64,000 bases of DNA from a virus, in the IMG/VR virus record IMGVR_UViG_3300046786_000748, positions 1 through 64,000 of that record; one strand, 5' to 3'. The position numbers and the translations under genes were made by a program. This document shows, one piece after another, positions 1 to 10,400 of this stretch; within the stretch, counting starts at the first letter, position 1, and the number at the start of each line of letters is the position of its first letter. The notes under the pieces are model-generated. The model did not search any database, had not been told where the DNA came from, and worked only from the letters and a program-made list of their open reading frames with translations.

Positions 1-536
1 CAATTTTGTCTTTCGTTGTTAGTTAAGTTAAAAACTTTCATGCTTATTTTTCTTATAGAGTTAAAAAGTTTTTGAGAAAAGGAATTTAGTAATATCTGTT
101 CTTTACCAGAAATGTTTATTTTTAGAAAATCCATTTTATCAAATAAACCTCCTTCAAAGAAATAATCCAACGTAAACCCTATAATAAGCAAATCGTTTTC
201 TAATTTGAATTTTGTAAACAGTTTGTTAAATAAAACGCAGTTAAAAACATCGTCTTCCGCTCTAACATTTAATCTTAAACAAGAAAAATTTCTGGGGTCC
301 ATTTCCATAGCAATTACTCTTGATGCACCTTGACAAGCAGCATATCTTGAGTAAATGCCAATATGAGCACCAATATCCAAAACAACATCGCCGGTTTTTA
401 TTTTCATTTCTGGAATATTATTATAAATTTGATATTCAAAAATTTCCTTAAATAAAAAACCCAACTCAGATTTATTAGACGGTTCCAACGTCACTAAATC
501 TGATGGGGATGTATAAAACTTTTCCACTTGTAACAT
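1..536 (-). CDS. FkbM-family SAM-dependent methyltransferase (runs off the window start)
   Basis: Not in the ORF track; hand translation from ATG at 536 gives MLQVEKFY...IKTGDVVLDIGAHIGIYSRYAACQGASRVIAMEMDPRN...KMDFLKINISGKE, with SAM motif I (DIGAHIG) and an FkbM-like DFLKIN motif; frame open to the window edge. Confidence 0.75.
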   Translation of the reverse strand, partial: MLQVEKFYTSPSDLVTLEPSNKSELGFLFKEIFEYQIYNNIPEMKIKTGDVVLDIGAHIGIYSRYAACQGASRVIAMEMDPRNFSCLRLNVRAEDDVFNCVLFNKLFTKFKLENDLLIIGFTLDYFFEGGLFDKMDFLKINISGKEQILLNSFSQKLFNSIRKISMKVFNLTNNERQN

Positions 537-545
537 GTTATTCTC

Positions 546-553
546 TATATATA
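546..553. promoter_or_regulatory. Palindromic TATATATA, candidate bidirectional late-promoter variant
   Basis: Lies in the 23-nt gap between divergent ATGs at 536 (-) and 560 (+); one mismatch to the recurrent TATTTATA motif on either strand. Confidence 0.4.
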
Positions 554-559
554 CGTATT

Positions 560-1216
560 ATGTTACCGAAGAAAATAGTTTTTTGTTTACCAGGAAAAGA
601 ATTTTCAGGAGATTTTTTATCGTGTTGGACGAGTATGATTCACCATTGTATTCAAAAAGGACATACAATGTATCTTTCTCAAAAATACACCAGCAACGTT
701 TATTATGTCCGAGCAATGTGTCTAGGAGCTGATGTTAGACGTGGAGAACATCAAAAACCGTTTGACGGTAACATAGATTATGATTACATAATGTGGATCG
801 ACTCAGATATTATATTTACTACAGATCAGTTTGAAAAGTTGTTATCCAACAACGTTGATATTTGTGGCGGAGTTTATTTAATGGAAGGCGGGAAACAGTT
901 CGCCGTTGTTAAAGATTGGAATGAAGAATATTTTAAGAAAAACGGCACTTTTGAATTTTTAACACCGGATGACATCAGCAAATCTCCTAGATTAATGGAA
1001 GTTTCTTATACAGGATTTGGATTTCTTTTAATAAAACTAGGTGTGTTTGAAAAGATAAAATACCCTTGGTTTGGTCCTAAGTTCTCAAAAATGGGAGAGT
1101 GTTATGATTTTGCTAGTGAAGATGTATCTTTTTGTATGAGGGCTCAAGAAGCAGGATTTAAAATTAACATTGACCCCACAGTTTGGGTTCGACATGAGAA
1201 AATAGTTAGGTTATAA
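560..1216 (+). CDS. GT-A fold (GT2-like) glycosyltransferase
   Basis: YDYIMWIDSDIIF (DxD), TGFGFLLIK, SEDVSFC and IDPTVWVRHEK motifs; start moved from 503 to ATG 560 (MLPKK) to avoid overlap with the divergent gene. Confidence 0.8.
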   Translation: MLPKKIVFCLPGKEFSGDFLSCWTSMIHHCIQKGHTMYLSQKYTSNVYYVRAMCLGADVRRGEHQKPFDGNIDYDYIMWIDSDIIFTTDQFEKLLSNNVDICGGVYLMEGGKQFAVVKDWNEEYFKKNGTFEFLTPDDISKSPRLMEVSYTGFGFLLIKLGVFEKIKYPWFGPKFSKMGECYDFASEDVSFCMRAQEAGFKINIDPTVWVRHEKIVRL

Positions 1217-1218
1217 AG

Positions 1219-4200
1219 TTATTGATAAATCTGAATGTAATACAGTCCAGTTGAACCAAATGTGGGCGAAGAGAAATAAATTCCCCACCACCCCATAAAA
1301 CTATAGTTATTAGACGAAAACGCATTGGTTATTCCTGATGCCAAACTTAAATGAGCTGTAGATGAATTGATGGAGTTAATATAAACTTGTCCAGTAGTAG
1401 ACGGAGATGCGTTTATTCCTACATAACCATCTCCTCTAATATTTAGATAAGTCGTTCCGGATTTGTTTATGTTAATAGCTGTCGTTCCTGACCCACCAGA
1501 AGATCCACAATCAAAGTAAGGACCGTTACCGTCCGGAGAAAGCGTGCTCAAAATTACAACCGGTCCAGTAGTTCCTATTCCAACATTTCCACCATAAGGG
1601 TTTAAAGCTAAATTATAATAGTTTAACGATGTTCTATTTCTTGATTGAATCCATGCGTGTAAATCACCTGCCGTTTCAATTCCCATATTCAAGGAAGCAC
1701 CAGTACCTAAACCACCAATCACAAATCCGCTTTGAACAACCGAAGCTGTAGGTGTAGAACCAACACCATTGTTAAACGGATCATAAACCGTCAAAACAGT
1801 ACCTGGATTTGTCGTTCCAATCCCAACGTAACCTCTATGATGAACAGTCATCACATGAAACGCGTTGTTTAAAGAACTTATTTCAGTGTTAACAGAACCA
1901 GTTATTCCTGCATAGAACCCTATTCCTCTTTGATAATTTATTTGAATATACGATCCACTCTCTACGCTAGATTGGTGTTTATAAACAGTACTTGCAACAG
2001 TTTTGTGAGGAACAACATTGTTGCCGAGTATAGTAGAAAACCCACTATAAGTTTCACCCCAAGAAGCATATATTCCGGAAATTAGATTTCCACCTTGAGC
2101 TGCATATGGACCATATAATTTAATACTTCCAGAAATAGTTACTCCATCAGTAGAAAGAGGATTAGTTCTAATACCAACGTTGCTGTTAGAACTCATAACA
2201 AATACATTGTTATAAGGAGAGGAACCGAGATAGTCGAAATGAAATCTATATTCTCCAACTGAGTTATTGACCATCATTCTCCACTCTCGGGTAGCAGTGC
2301 CCATGAACAGAGAAGCAGAAGTAGTTCCCGAATTACCAGCCGAAATTCTCACAGCTCTATCACCATTAAGTGTACCGCCAATATCTAATTCACAAATTGG
2401 AGCAGTCGTCCCAATGCCGATCTTGCCTCCATTGGTTATAACCATCCACGGATTGGTATAAACATTGGATCCAGAACCAAAAAATAGATAGTTAAATATT
2501 CCGGTAGATGCATTTCCATAACCACCTAACATCGCTTGAACATTCGACCCACTGACCCATCCGATGCCTCTTGACCAACCTCCACCGCTTTGAGGTTCCC
2601 AAGAACCAAATAATTCAGAGTGCGTAGTCAAGCCAGTGCTTCCGCTTGTAATACGCCACGGACCACGAATCGTTAATTCATTTGAAGCATCACTGATTAA
2701 ACTTGTTCCAGTTAATGTATTACTTGACCATTTTGGATAATAACCGTCTGTTTTTCCTGTAAAATATGGATTAGCCAAATCCGACCAACTTGAACTAACC
2801 GACCGAGACGAAAATGATGCAGATATAGCCCATACAGATTGCGAAGAAAAATATGTATTTTGTGATATATAAGTGTAACTTGAAGTCCAAGCCCAACTTG
2901 AAGTCCAAGCCAAACTTGCTGTTCTAGATATACTTGTAGTTACATTGTAAACTGAACCAGTTCCTTCTCTTAAGAACTTACCCCAACTTCCCCAAGAACC
3001 GCTATTAACTATTCCTCCGGTTCTCATCCACAAATTGCCGTTTTGAGTAAAACCAAGTTGATGTGGCGGACCACCGGTCATATCAACATTTGATCCATAT
3101 GGTCTGAACGTTATATTACCATGTAAAGTTCCACCGTCAGCCAATCCATCTGTGGCGTTTGATTTTAAATCAAAATAGATACCAGCAGAACGACTGAATG
3201 GAGAATAGTCATCTCCTCTTGTGTCTGCTGAATGAACTGCATTTCCAGATATTTGAGTATTGACAGGTCTTAATGTAAAATAACCTGAAGAAGATCCTTG
3301 TAAAGTATCAGACCAAAATGATCTAGAAGCATATGATGCAGATACAGCCCAAAAACTTTGAGAAGCAAAGATAGCAGACTGAGCTTTATGACTATAACTT
3401 GAAGTTATAGCCAAACTTGCTGTAGTGGAATATTTAGCAGTGCCATTCAAGTATCCAAGCGAGGCGGATATTCTATTTAACCTAATAATACCACCAGCAA
3501 AAACGTCAACATCACCAGCACCAGCGATACCAAGGTTACCTACTTGAGTTGTTATATCTACACTATTTTGTCCATTAATCAAAACAGTATCACTGCCGTC
3601 AACTACTACATTTGTATAATAAACAGAACTTGCGGTGTTAGACAAATTTGTACTAATACTCGATGAAGCCCAAGAAGATGAAACTGCCCAAAACGATTGA
3701 GATGCAAAGATAGCAGACTGAGCTTTATGACTATAACTTGAAGTTATACTTGATGAAGCAAACGATGCTGATGTAGTTTGTAATGAGTAAAATGATGACG
3801 AAGCATAACTTGAAGAAGTCGCCGAAAAAGATCGGATAGACCAACTTGATGTATCAGGAGTAACATTCTCACCCAATAAATACGACGAAGCCATTCCATA
3901 GTTAGATGCTGTTGTATTAAAGAAACTCCACCCTACCAATGGATTTACCGACAAAACTTGACCAAATGTGTTTTCATAATCTATAGAAATTCTTGTAAAA
4001 TAGTTAATACTAGCAGTGTTATCAATAGCAATAGCTACTGTACCGTTAATTCCGCTGGTTACACCAATTCTTTTTTGAACATTGTCACCACCATTATTAA
4101 CCATGTTCAAGTTTACAACATCGCCATACAAACCGTCTCCAGGAGCAACAGAGTTACTATAAGCATATCCAACAATCGTCGTATCAATGTTTTTCGAAAG

Positions 4201-7200
4201 TCCGTAGAAATAACCGTGGATACGAATACGAAACATATCACTCCAAGTTCTGGGAATTGGCGTGACAATTACAAGAGACCCCGAATACCGTCCGTTTCCA
4301 ACATACGAAGCAACATTTGGATAATATACGTATTTGGTGCTGCCCGACGAGTGTGCAGATCTAATGGTGATTCCAGCAGTTTCTACAGCAAATGTTCCAG
4401 ATACATAACTAGCAGATACAGTTCTCAACGATGTTGAAGCAAATGATGATGATGCAGCTTGTAATGAGTAAAATGATGACGAAGCATAACTTGAAGATAC
4501 AGCCCAAAAACTTTGAGAAGCATAGAAACTCGTTTGACTCACCGTTCCTCTATCAGAATAACTTGCTGTTCCACGTAATGATCCAGATCCAAATCCAGAT
4601 GCCGATATATGACCAAATACGTGTAATTTTGAATTAGGGTCTGTAATACCAATACCCACGCTTTCATTAAACCCTTTTAAAGTAAGAACGGTATTCCAAT
4701 CAGTTGTTGCTGCGTTAATAGATCTAAAATTAAGCAAATAGTTATGAGAAGCCGCACTTATTTGATTTGTTTCTATTAAAAATCTATTAACTTGACCTGA
4801 TCTAAAAGCTATTTGTGATGTGCTTCCATAATCAGATGCAGAATACTGAGACGCAATTATTAAAGAAGAACTTAAATATAAACTATTTCCTACATGTAAC
4901 AATCCTGCGGGTTGAGTGTTGGCTATACCAACATTAGTTCCATTGTCGTAAATACTACTTGTTGCTGTTAAAACATTACTTACCCATTTTGGCAAATAGT
5001 TATCAGTCTTTCCTATAAAAATCGGAGCAGCATTTTCAACATAAGAAGCAGTCGTTGCATAACTTGAAGATACGCTTCGTGACGCAAAACTTGCAGATAC
5101 AGCCCAAAAACTTTGAGAAGCAAAGATAGCAGACTGAGCTTTATGACTATAACTTGAAGTTATACTTGATGAAGCAAACGATGCTGAAACAGCCCATCTC
5201 GACTGTGAAGCAAATAGTGTATTCTCCGATATATTTGATTTATTAGCATAACTTGCAGTTCCATGAAAAGTTCCAGAACCAAATCCGGAAGCAGATATGT
5301 GACCGAATACATGAAGCAAGGATTGTGGAGAAGAGGTTCTAATACCAACACTTCCTGTAGTTGGTGCTAATATTGTATATCTTGATGATCCAACCGATCT
5401 TATGGCTTCATAATATTCATCATTACCAGCCCAAGTTCTAATTCTAAACAAAGACTCGGAATAACCAACAATCGTATCCGATAAACCAAATTGAAGTTCG
5501 CCAGTAGAAGAAGCTCCCTCTGTAATTCTTGAAGAACTTGCAACAGTTAGAATTGCTCTAGATGTCGGAAGTGTAGTTCCAATACCAACAATTCCGCCGT
5601 TAGGCATTAACTGTAAAACAGAAGAACCACTCGCTCTTATTGCTGTGTAAGTTGATTCTCCCGATCCAGCTTCAATTATTACGGAATGTGGTAAATCAGA
5701 CGATTGTTCCAACCTAAAAGTTCCTTCGACGTTTGTATTATTTATCAAGTAAACTCCAGGAATTCTAGCCGAAGCATCATCAACAACCAATCCCAAAATT
5801 GCAGAATTAGCTGTTTCTTTAACTGTTAACGAATACAGAGGAATGTCAGTTCCAATACCAACATTGGTTCCATCATCATAAAGATTGCTTGTTCCAGTTA
5901 ATGTATTACTTGACCATTTAGGCAAATAATTATCGGTTTTGCCTGTAAAAATTGGAATAGCACCTTCAACATAAGAAGCAGTCAATGAACTACTCGCAAA
6001 ACTAGCAGATATAGATCTTACAGATTGTGATGCAAATAACACTGAAATGTTATAAGCAGTTTTTGAAAGATTAAATGACGTTGACGCTAGACTTGCAGAA
6101 ACAGAACTTGAAGCCCAAGAAGCCGATGTAGCCCAACGAGACTGAGAAGCAAATAACACAGAAATGTCATAAGTGTTTCTAGTCAAATTACTTGAAGCAG
6201 ATGCATAAGACGCAGATGTAGCCCATCTTGATTGAGATGTAAAAAATGCGGATTGGGCTTTGTGAGTATAACTTGCGGTTATCGATGTCAAACTTGCTGA
6301 CGACAAACTGGCGGAAATAGCCCATCTGGATTGTGAAGCAAACACAGCATTCTCAGCTTTGTGAGTATAACTTGCGGTTACTGATGTTAAACTTGCTGAA
6401 GATAAACTTGATGAAACCGACCAGAAAGACTGAGACGAAAAAAATGAAATTTCTGATATATTAGATATATTGGCATAACTTGCAGTTCCATGAAAAGTTC
6501 CAGAACCAAATCCTGATGCCGAAATTTGTCCAAAAACATGAAGTTTACTTTGTGGTATAGTAGTATTTATACCTACATCACCATTATTAGTTATAACCAT
6601 CCAAGGATCACTATAGATATTTGAACCTGAACCAAAATATAAATAATTAAACACTCCTGTTGATGCGTCACCAAATCCACCTATCATTGCTTGAACATTC
6701 GACCCACTGACCCACCCGATGCCTCTTGCCCACCCTCCACCAGATTGAGGTTCCCAAGAACCAAATAATTCAGGATGAGTAGATAATCCGGTACTACCGC
6801 TGACAATTCTCCAAGGACCACGAAATGTTAAATCTAAATTTGTATCGTGGTTTATTAAACTTGTTCCTGTTAAAGTATTACCAATCCAATTTGGATAATA
6901 ATAATCTGTTTTTCCTGTAAAAACGGGAACAGCTCCCTCAACATAAGATGCTGTTAAACTAGATGAAGCCCATGAAGCAGATATAGCCCATCTTGATTGT
7001 GAGGCAAACACTGAGTTTTGAGCTATGTGAGAATAACTTGCAGTTACAGAAGTTAAACTTGATGAATTCCAACTTGATGAAACAGCCCATCTGGATTGTG
7101 AAGCAAACACAGCATTCTCAGCTTTGTGAGAATAACTTGCAGTTACAGTGGTTAAACTTGCAGATGTCCAAGAAGATGATATAGCCCACCTTGATTGTGA

Positions 7201-7434
7201 AGCAAATATAGAGTTTGTCGCAATAGATGAATAAGAAGATGAAAGTGATCTGGATGCCCACGAAGCTGAAATTGCTAAATAAGCAGTTCCGTCTAAATCG
7301 CCTTTAAACAGAGATGCAGATACTCTTGATGCCGTGATGGTGCCCGCAACGTGGAACAATTCCATTGGATTATCAGTACCGACACCGATATTTCCAACGT
7401 TATTGCTTATAAATGGAATATTTACATCTGCCAT
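1219..7434 (-). CDS. Large tail fibre / virion appendage protein (2071 aa) with GNVGIGT shaft motifs and Ser-rich SASWA/TASYA repeats
   Basis: Repeated NVGIGT..P...LHV.G motifs typical of trimeric phage fibres, interleaved with FASQSRWAVSASWASSS repeats and a duplicated globular module. Confidence 0.75.
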   Translation of the reverse strand: MADVNIPFISNNVGNIGVGTDNPMELFHVAGTITASRVSASLFKGDLDGTAYLAISASWASRSLSSSYSSIATNSIFASQSRWAISSSWTSASLTTVTASYSHKAENAVFASQSRWAVSSSWNSSSLTSVTASYSHIAQNSVFASQSRWAISASWASSSLTASYVEGAVPVFTGKTDYYYPNWIGNTLTGTSLINHDTNLDLTFRGPWRIVSGSTGLSTHPELFGSWEPQSGGGWARGIGWVSGSNVQAMIGGFGDASTGVFNYLYFGSGSNIYSDPWMVITNNGDVGINTTIPQSKLHVFGQISASGFGSGTFHGTASYANISNISEISFFSSQSFWSVSSSLSSASLTSVTASYTHKAENAVFASQSRWAISASLSSASLTSITASYTHKAQSAFFTSQSRWATSASYASASSNLTRNTYDISVLFASQSRWATSASWASSSVSASLASTSFNLSKTAYNISVLFASQSVRSISASFASSSLTASYVEGAIPIFTGKTDNYLPKWSSNTLTGTSNLYDDGTNVGIGTDIPLYSLTVKETANSAILGLVVDDASARIPGVYLINNTNVEGTFRLEQSSDLPHSVIIEAGSGESTYTAIRASGSSVLQLMPNGGIVGIGTTLPTSRAILTVASSSRITEGASSTGELQFGLSDTIVGYSESLFRIRTWAGNDEYYEAIRSVGSSRYTILAPTTGSVGIRTSSPQSLLHVFGHISASGFGSGTFHGTASYANKSNISENTLFASQSRWAVSASFASSSITSSYSHKAQSAIFASQSFWAVSASFASRSVSSSYATTASYVENAAPIFIGKTDNYLPKWVSNVLTATSSIYDNGTNVGIANTQPAGLLHVGNSLYLSSSLIIASQYSASDYGSTSQIAFRSGQVNRFLIETNQISAASHNYLLNFRSINAATTDWNTVLTLKGFNESVGIGITDPNSKLHVFGHISASGFGSGSLRGTASYSDRGTVSQTSFYASQSFWAVSSSYASSSFYSLQAASSSFASTSLRTVSASYVSGTFAVETAGITIRSAHSSGSTKYVYYPNVASYVGNGRYSGSLVIVTPIPRTWSDMFRIRIHGYFYGLSKNIDTTIVGYAYSNSVAPGDGLYGDVVNLNMVNNGGDNVQKRIGVTSGINGTVAIAIDNTASINYFTRISIDYENTFGQVLSVNPLVGWSFFNTTASNYGMASSYLLGENVTPDTSSWSIRSFSATSSSYASSSFYSLQTTSASFASSSITSSYSHKAQSAIFASQSFWAVSSSWASSSISTNLSNTASSVYYTNVVVDGSDTVLINGQNSVDITTQVGNLGIAGAGDVDVFAGGIIRLNRISASLGYLNGTAKYSTTASLAITSSYSHKAQSAIFASQSFWAVSASYASRSFWSDTLQGSSSGYFTLRPVNTQISGNAVHSADTRGDDYSPFSRSAGIYFDLKSNATDGLADGGTLHGNITFRPYGSNVDMTGGPPHQLGFTQNGNLWMRTGGIVNSGSWGSWGKFLREGTGSVYNVTTSISRTASLAWTSSWAWTSSYTYISQNTYFSSQSVWAISASFSSRSVSSSWSDLANPYFTGKTDGYYPKWSSNTLTGTSLISDASNELTIRGPWRITSGSTGLTTHSELFGSWEPQSGGGWSRGIGWVSGSNVQAMLGGYGNASTGIFNYLFFGSGSNVYTNPWMVITNGGKIGIGTTAPICELDIGGTLNGDRAVRISAGNSGTTSASLFMGTATREWRMMVNNSVGEYRFHFDYLGSSPYNNVFVMSSNSNVGIRTNPLSTDGVTISGSIKLYGPYAAQGGNLISGIYASWGETYSGFSTILGNNVVPHKTVASTVYKHQSSVESGSYIQINYQRGIGFYAGITGSVNTEISSLNNAFHVMTVHHRGYVGIGTTNPGTVLTVYDPFNNGVGSTPTASVVQSGFVIGGLGTGASLNMGIETAGDLHAWIQSRNRTSLNYYNLALNPYGGNVGIGTTGPVVILSTLSPDGNGPYFDCGSSGGSGTTAININKSGTTYLNIRGDGYVGINASPSTTGQVYINSINSSTAHLSLASGITNAFSSNNYSFMGWWGIYFSSPTFGSTGLYYIQIYQ
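2410..6925 (-). repeat. Internal duplication of a ~115-aa module in the 2071-aa fibre (approx. 2410-2765 and 6570-6925)
   Basis: RGPWRI.SGSTGL.TH.ELFGSWEPQSGGGW.RGIGWVSGSNVQAM occurs twice; DNA cattcgacccactgaccca at 2541 and 6696 (offset 4155, in frame). Confidence 0.85.
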
Positions 7435-7447
7435 AAAAACCTACGGA

Positions 7448-7455
7448 TATAAATA
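7448..7455 (-). promoter_or_regulatory. TATTTATA late-promoter-like motif
   Basis: Sense-strand TATTTATA ending 13 nt before the ATG at 7434. Confidence 0.6.
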
Positions 7456-7471
7456 TTGGAATATCTTGTAT

Positions 7472-10400
7472 TTACGTTATAGAATTAAACAAACCCCTAA
7501 CCTCGTAAATCATGTTGACAGAGGACATGTCATTATCACCTTCCAATATCATTTCTATATTTAAATTTCTAGGATGAACACCAGCAGGATCAGGTATTTT
7601 ACTTAAAATTTTATGTCCATTAAAGTTATTATTGTCTTGTCTTAAAATGGCACCAGGAGTTTTTGTTGGAGATGCCGAATCGGTTTGTAAGAAATATTCG
7701 CTGTTAAATCCAACCGATCCATGACCATCCCAATTTCCATGAAGAGTTATTTTAACCCACGCAGAATCGTGATCATCCATATTAACGGTTAATACGTTTG
7801 TATACGAAGCAGTAGTTAAAGATAAAGTTTTACTTCCAAACTTAATAAATCCACCAGCAATATCAACGTTTCTAGCATAACTTGCAGTTAATGCATAACT
7901 GGAAGATAAAGCGTAACTGGATGAAACTACATAACTCGATGTTCTAGCCAATTCAGCAAAGAAAGAATAACTTGATGTTACAGCATAAAATGCGGAAGAC
8001 GCATAACTTGCAGTTAATGCATAACTACTACTTAACGAATATGATGAGCTGGTTGAACCAGAAGCATATGAAGCAGTTAAAATATTAGTTAAAGATTGTG
8101 TTACATTATAATAAATGTAAGAAAAATAACTGCCAGAATCGGAATAAGATGCGGAAATCGAGTTTCTAGCAAACGATGCGGAAAAACTAGAAGAAGCCCA
8201 GCTGGCTGACACAGCCCAGAAACTCTGTGAAGCAAAGAATGAGTTTTGAGTTTTTGATGACCAAGAAGCAGTTCCGATTGTATTTCCTAGATGTGAACCG
8301 GTTAAACTTACAGCAGTAATTCTACCAAGTACAGGATTAACCGTCAATGAAGTGGTTGTGTAAGTATTTTGATAACTTCCAGTATTCAATACAAATGTCA
8401 AATAAGCTGTAGCATTTGAACCGGTAGATTGAATTAACCCTAAATCGGATGTTCTGGACGACGAAGCCCAACTTGCTGAAATTGCCCATAAACTCTGAGA
8501 AGAATAAAATGTGTTTTGTGATCTGTGTGTATAACTTGACGTTACAGAACCAGAAGCAAACGAAGCGGATACAGCCCAAAACGACTGTGAAGCAAATAAC
8601 ACAGAAATGTTATAAACAGTTAATCCTAGATTTGTTGCTGTTGTAGAACTTGAAGCATAACTGGATGAAACGGACCATTGTGATTGTGAAGCATATAACG
8701 ATGTATAACTTATAACACTTTCTTCAGCCCAACTAGCAGTTCCTTGCAAACTTCCAGTAAGTCTTCCAAGAATACTTCCCATGAATTGAGTATTTGTAAC
8801 TATTAATAATGGGTCTATCGTAATACTCTGTATTTGTTCGACATTTAAGAAATCTACAAAAACTTGACTAACTGGGTTTAGACCACTACCTAGTTGAGTG
8901 CCCATTAGGTTTCCTTCAAACCAAACATCGCCGCCCTCATTTTTAAGATGACTTGATGTTAAACTTGATGAAGCCCAACTTGCCGTACTTATAAATGTAA
9001 TAGATTCTGTTACATTATAATAAATGTAAGAAGAATAACTTGCGGATATACAAGTTGAAGCCCAACTTGCAGATGTTGAACTTGAAGCCCAACTTGCAGA
9101 TGTAGCCCATCTTGACTGCGAAGCAAAAAATGCGTTTTGAGCTCTGTGTGTATAACTTGAAGTAATTGACGTTAAACTAGATGAGGCCAATGAAGATGAA
9201 ATAGCCCAAAATGATTGTGAAGCAAATAATGCGTTCTGTGCTCTATGTGTATAGCTTGAAGTTACAGATATTAAACTTGCCGACGCCCAACTGGCTGACA
9301 CAGCCCAACGAGACTGCGAAGCAAAAACTGCATTCTCGGATTTATGAGTGTAACTTGAACTTAAACTAGAAGACGCCCAACTGGCTGATACAGCCCAGAA
9401 ACTTTGAGAAGCAAATAAAGATCCTACTGTTTTTTCAGACCAGGAAGAAGTACCAATAATATTGTTGATTATGACACCGCCGCTTACATAACTAGCAGTG
9501 ATTGAGTTTCTTGCCCAAGAAGATGTACCGATTAAATCAATTGGCCGTCCATCAACAGCAAAAATTGTTTTTGATCCAGTTGCAAATAATATATCGCCCG
9601 AACTAGAAATTCTATATACTTCTTTAACACCATCACTTCCAAATTCTCTGACAAAGAATAACAAAGATGTGTTTGACATCGACTCCGATATGTCGGAATC
9701 GGCGTAAGCTTTAAAGCCTGCTAATGGTTGATAAGTGTTACCATTATGACCCCAAAATCCAATTTGTCCAATATATGATCCAGACAAAAGTTGTGTAGGA
9801 TTTATTACGGTTCCACCACCAGCATAAAAATTAATAACAGGACCAGATGGATCGTTTGGCCCAAACAATCTAACTCTTAAGTTACCATCTTTTACGAAAT
9901 CTACCGATGATGAAATTACAGTATAGTAAGCATCCGTATAAATGTTGCTTATTGGAGCTAATGTATTATTCGTCCAATAAGGTACGAAATTGTTTACTCC
10001 TTCTCCAATATAAGATGCTGTAACTGAACTTGAAGCAAATGAAGATGATACAGACCACAAACTTTGAGAAGCATAAAATGTGTTTTGTGATCTGTGTGTA
10101 TAACTTGATGTTACAGAACTTGATGCCCAACTTGCTGATGTAGCCCATCTGGATTGTGAAGCAAAAAATGCGTTTTGAGCACTATGAATGTAACTTGCCG
10201 TTGCCGAACTTGAAGCAAAAACAGCATTTTCGGCTTTATGTGTATAACTTGATGTAACTGTGGTTAAACTTTGAGAAGCCCAACTTGCTGATACAGCCCA
10301 GAAACTCTGTGAAGCAAAAAATGAGTTTTGTGCTCGATGAGCGTAACTTGATGTTACAGAACTTGATGCCCAACTTGCTGACACAGACCAGAAACTCTGA

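Noticed and set aside
2410-6925. Duplicated module as a possible DGR template/variable repeat pair
   Set aside because: Differences are not restricted to adenines, both copies are coding and internal, and no reverse transcriptase is in the window
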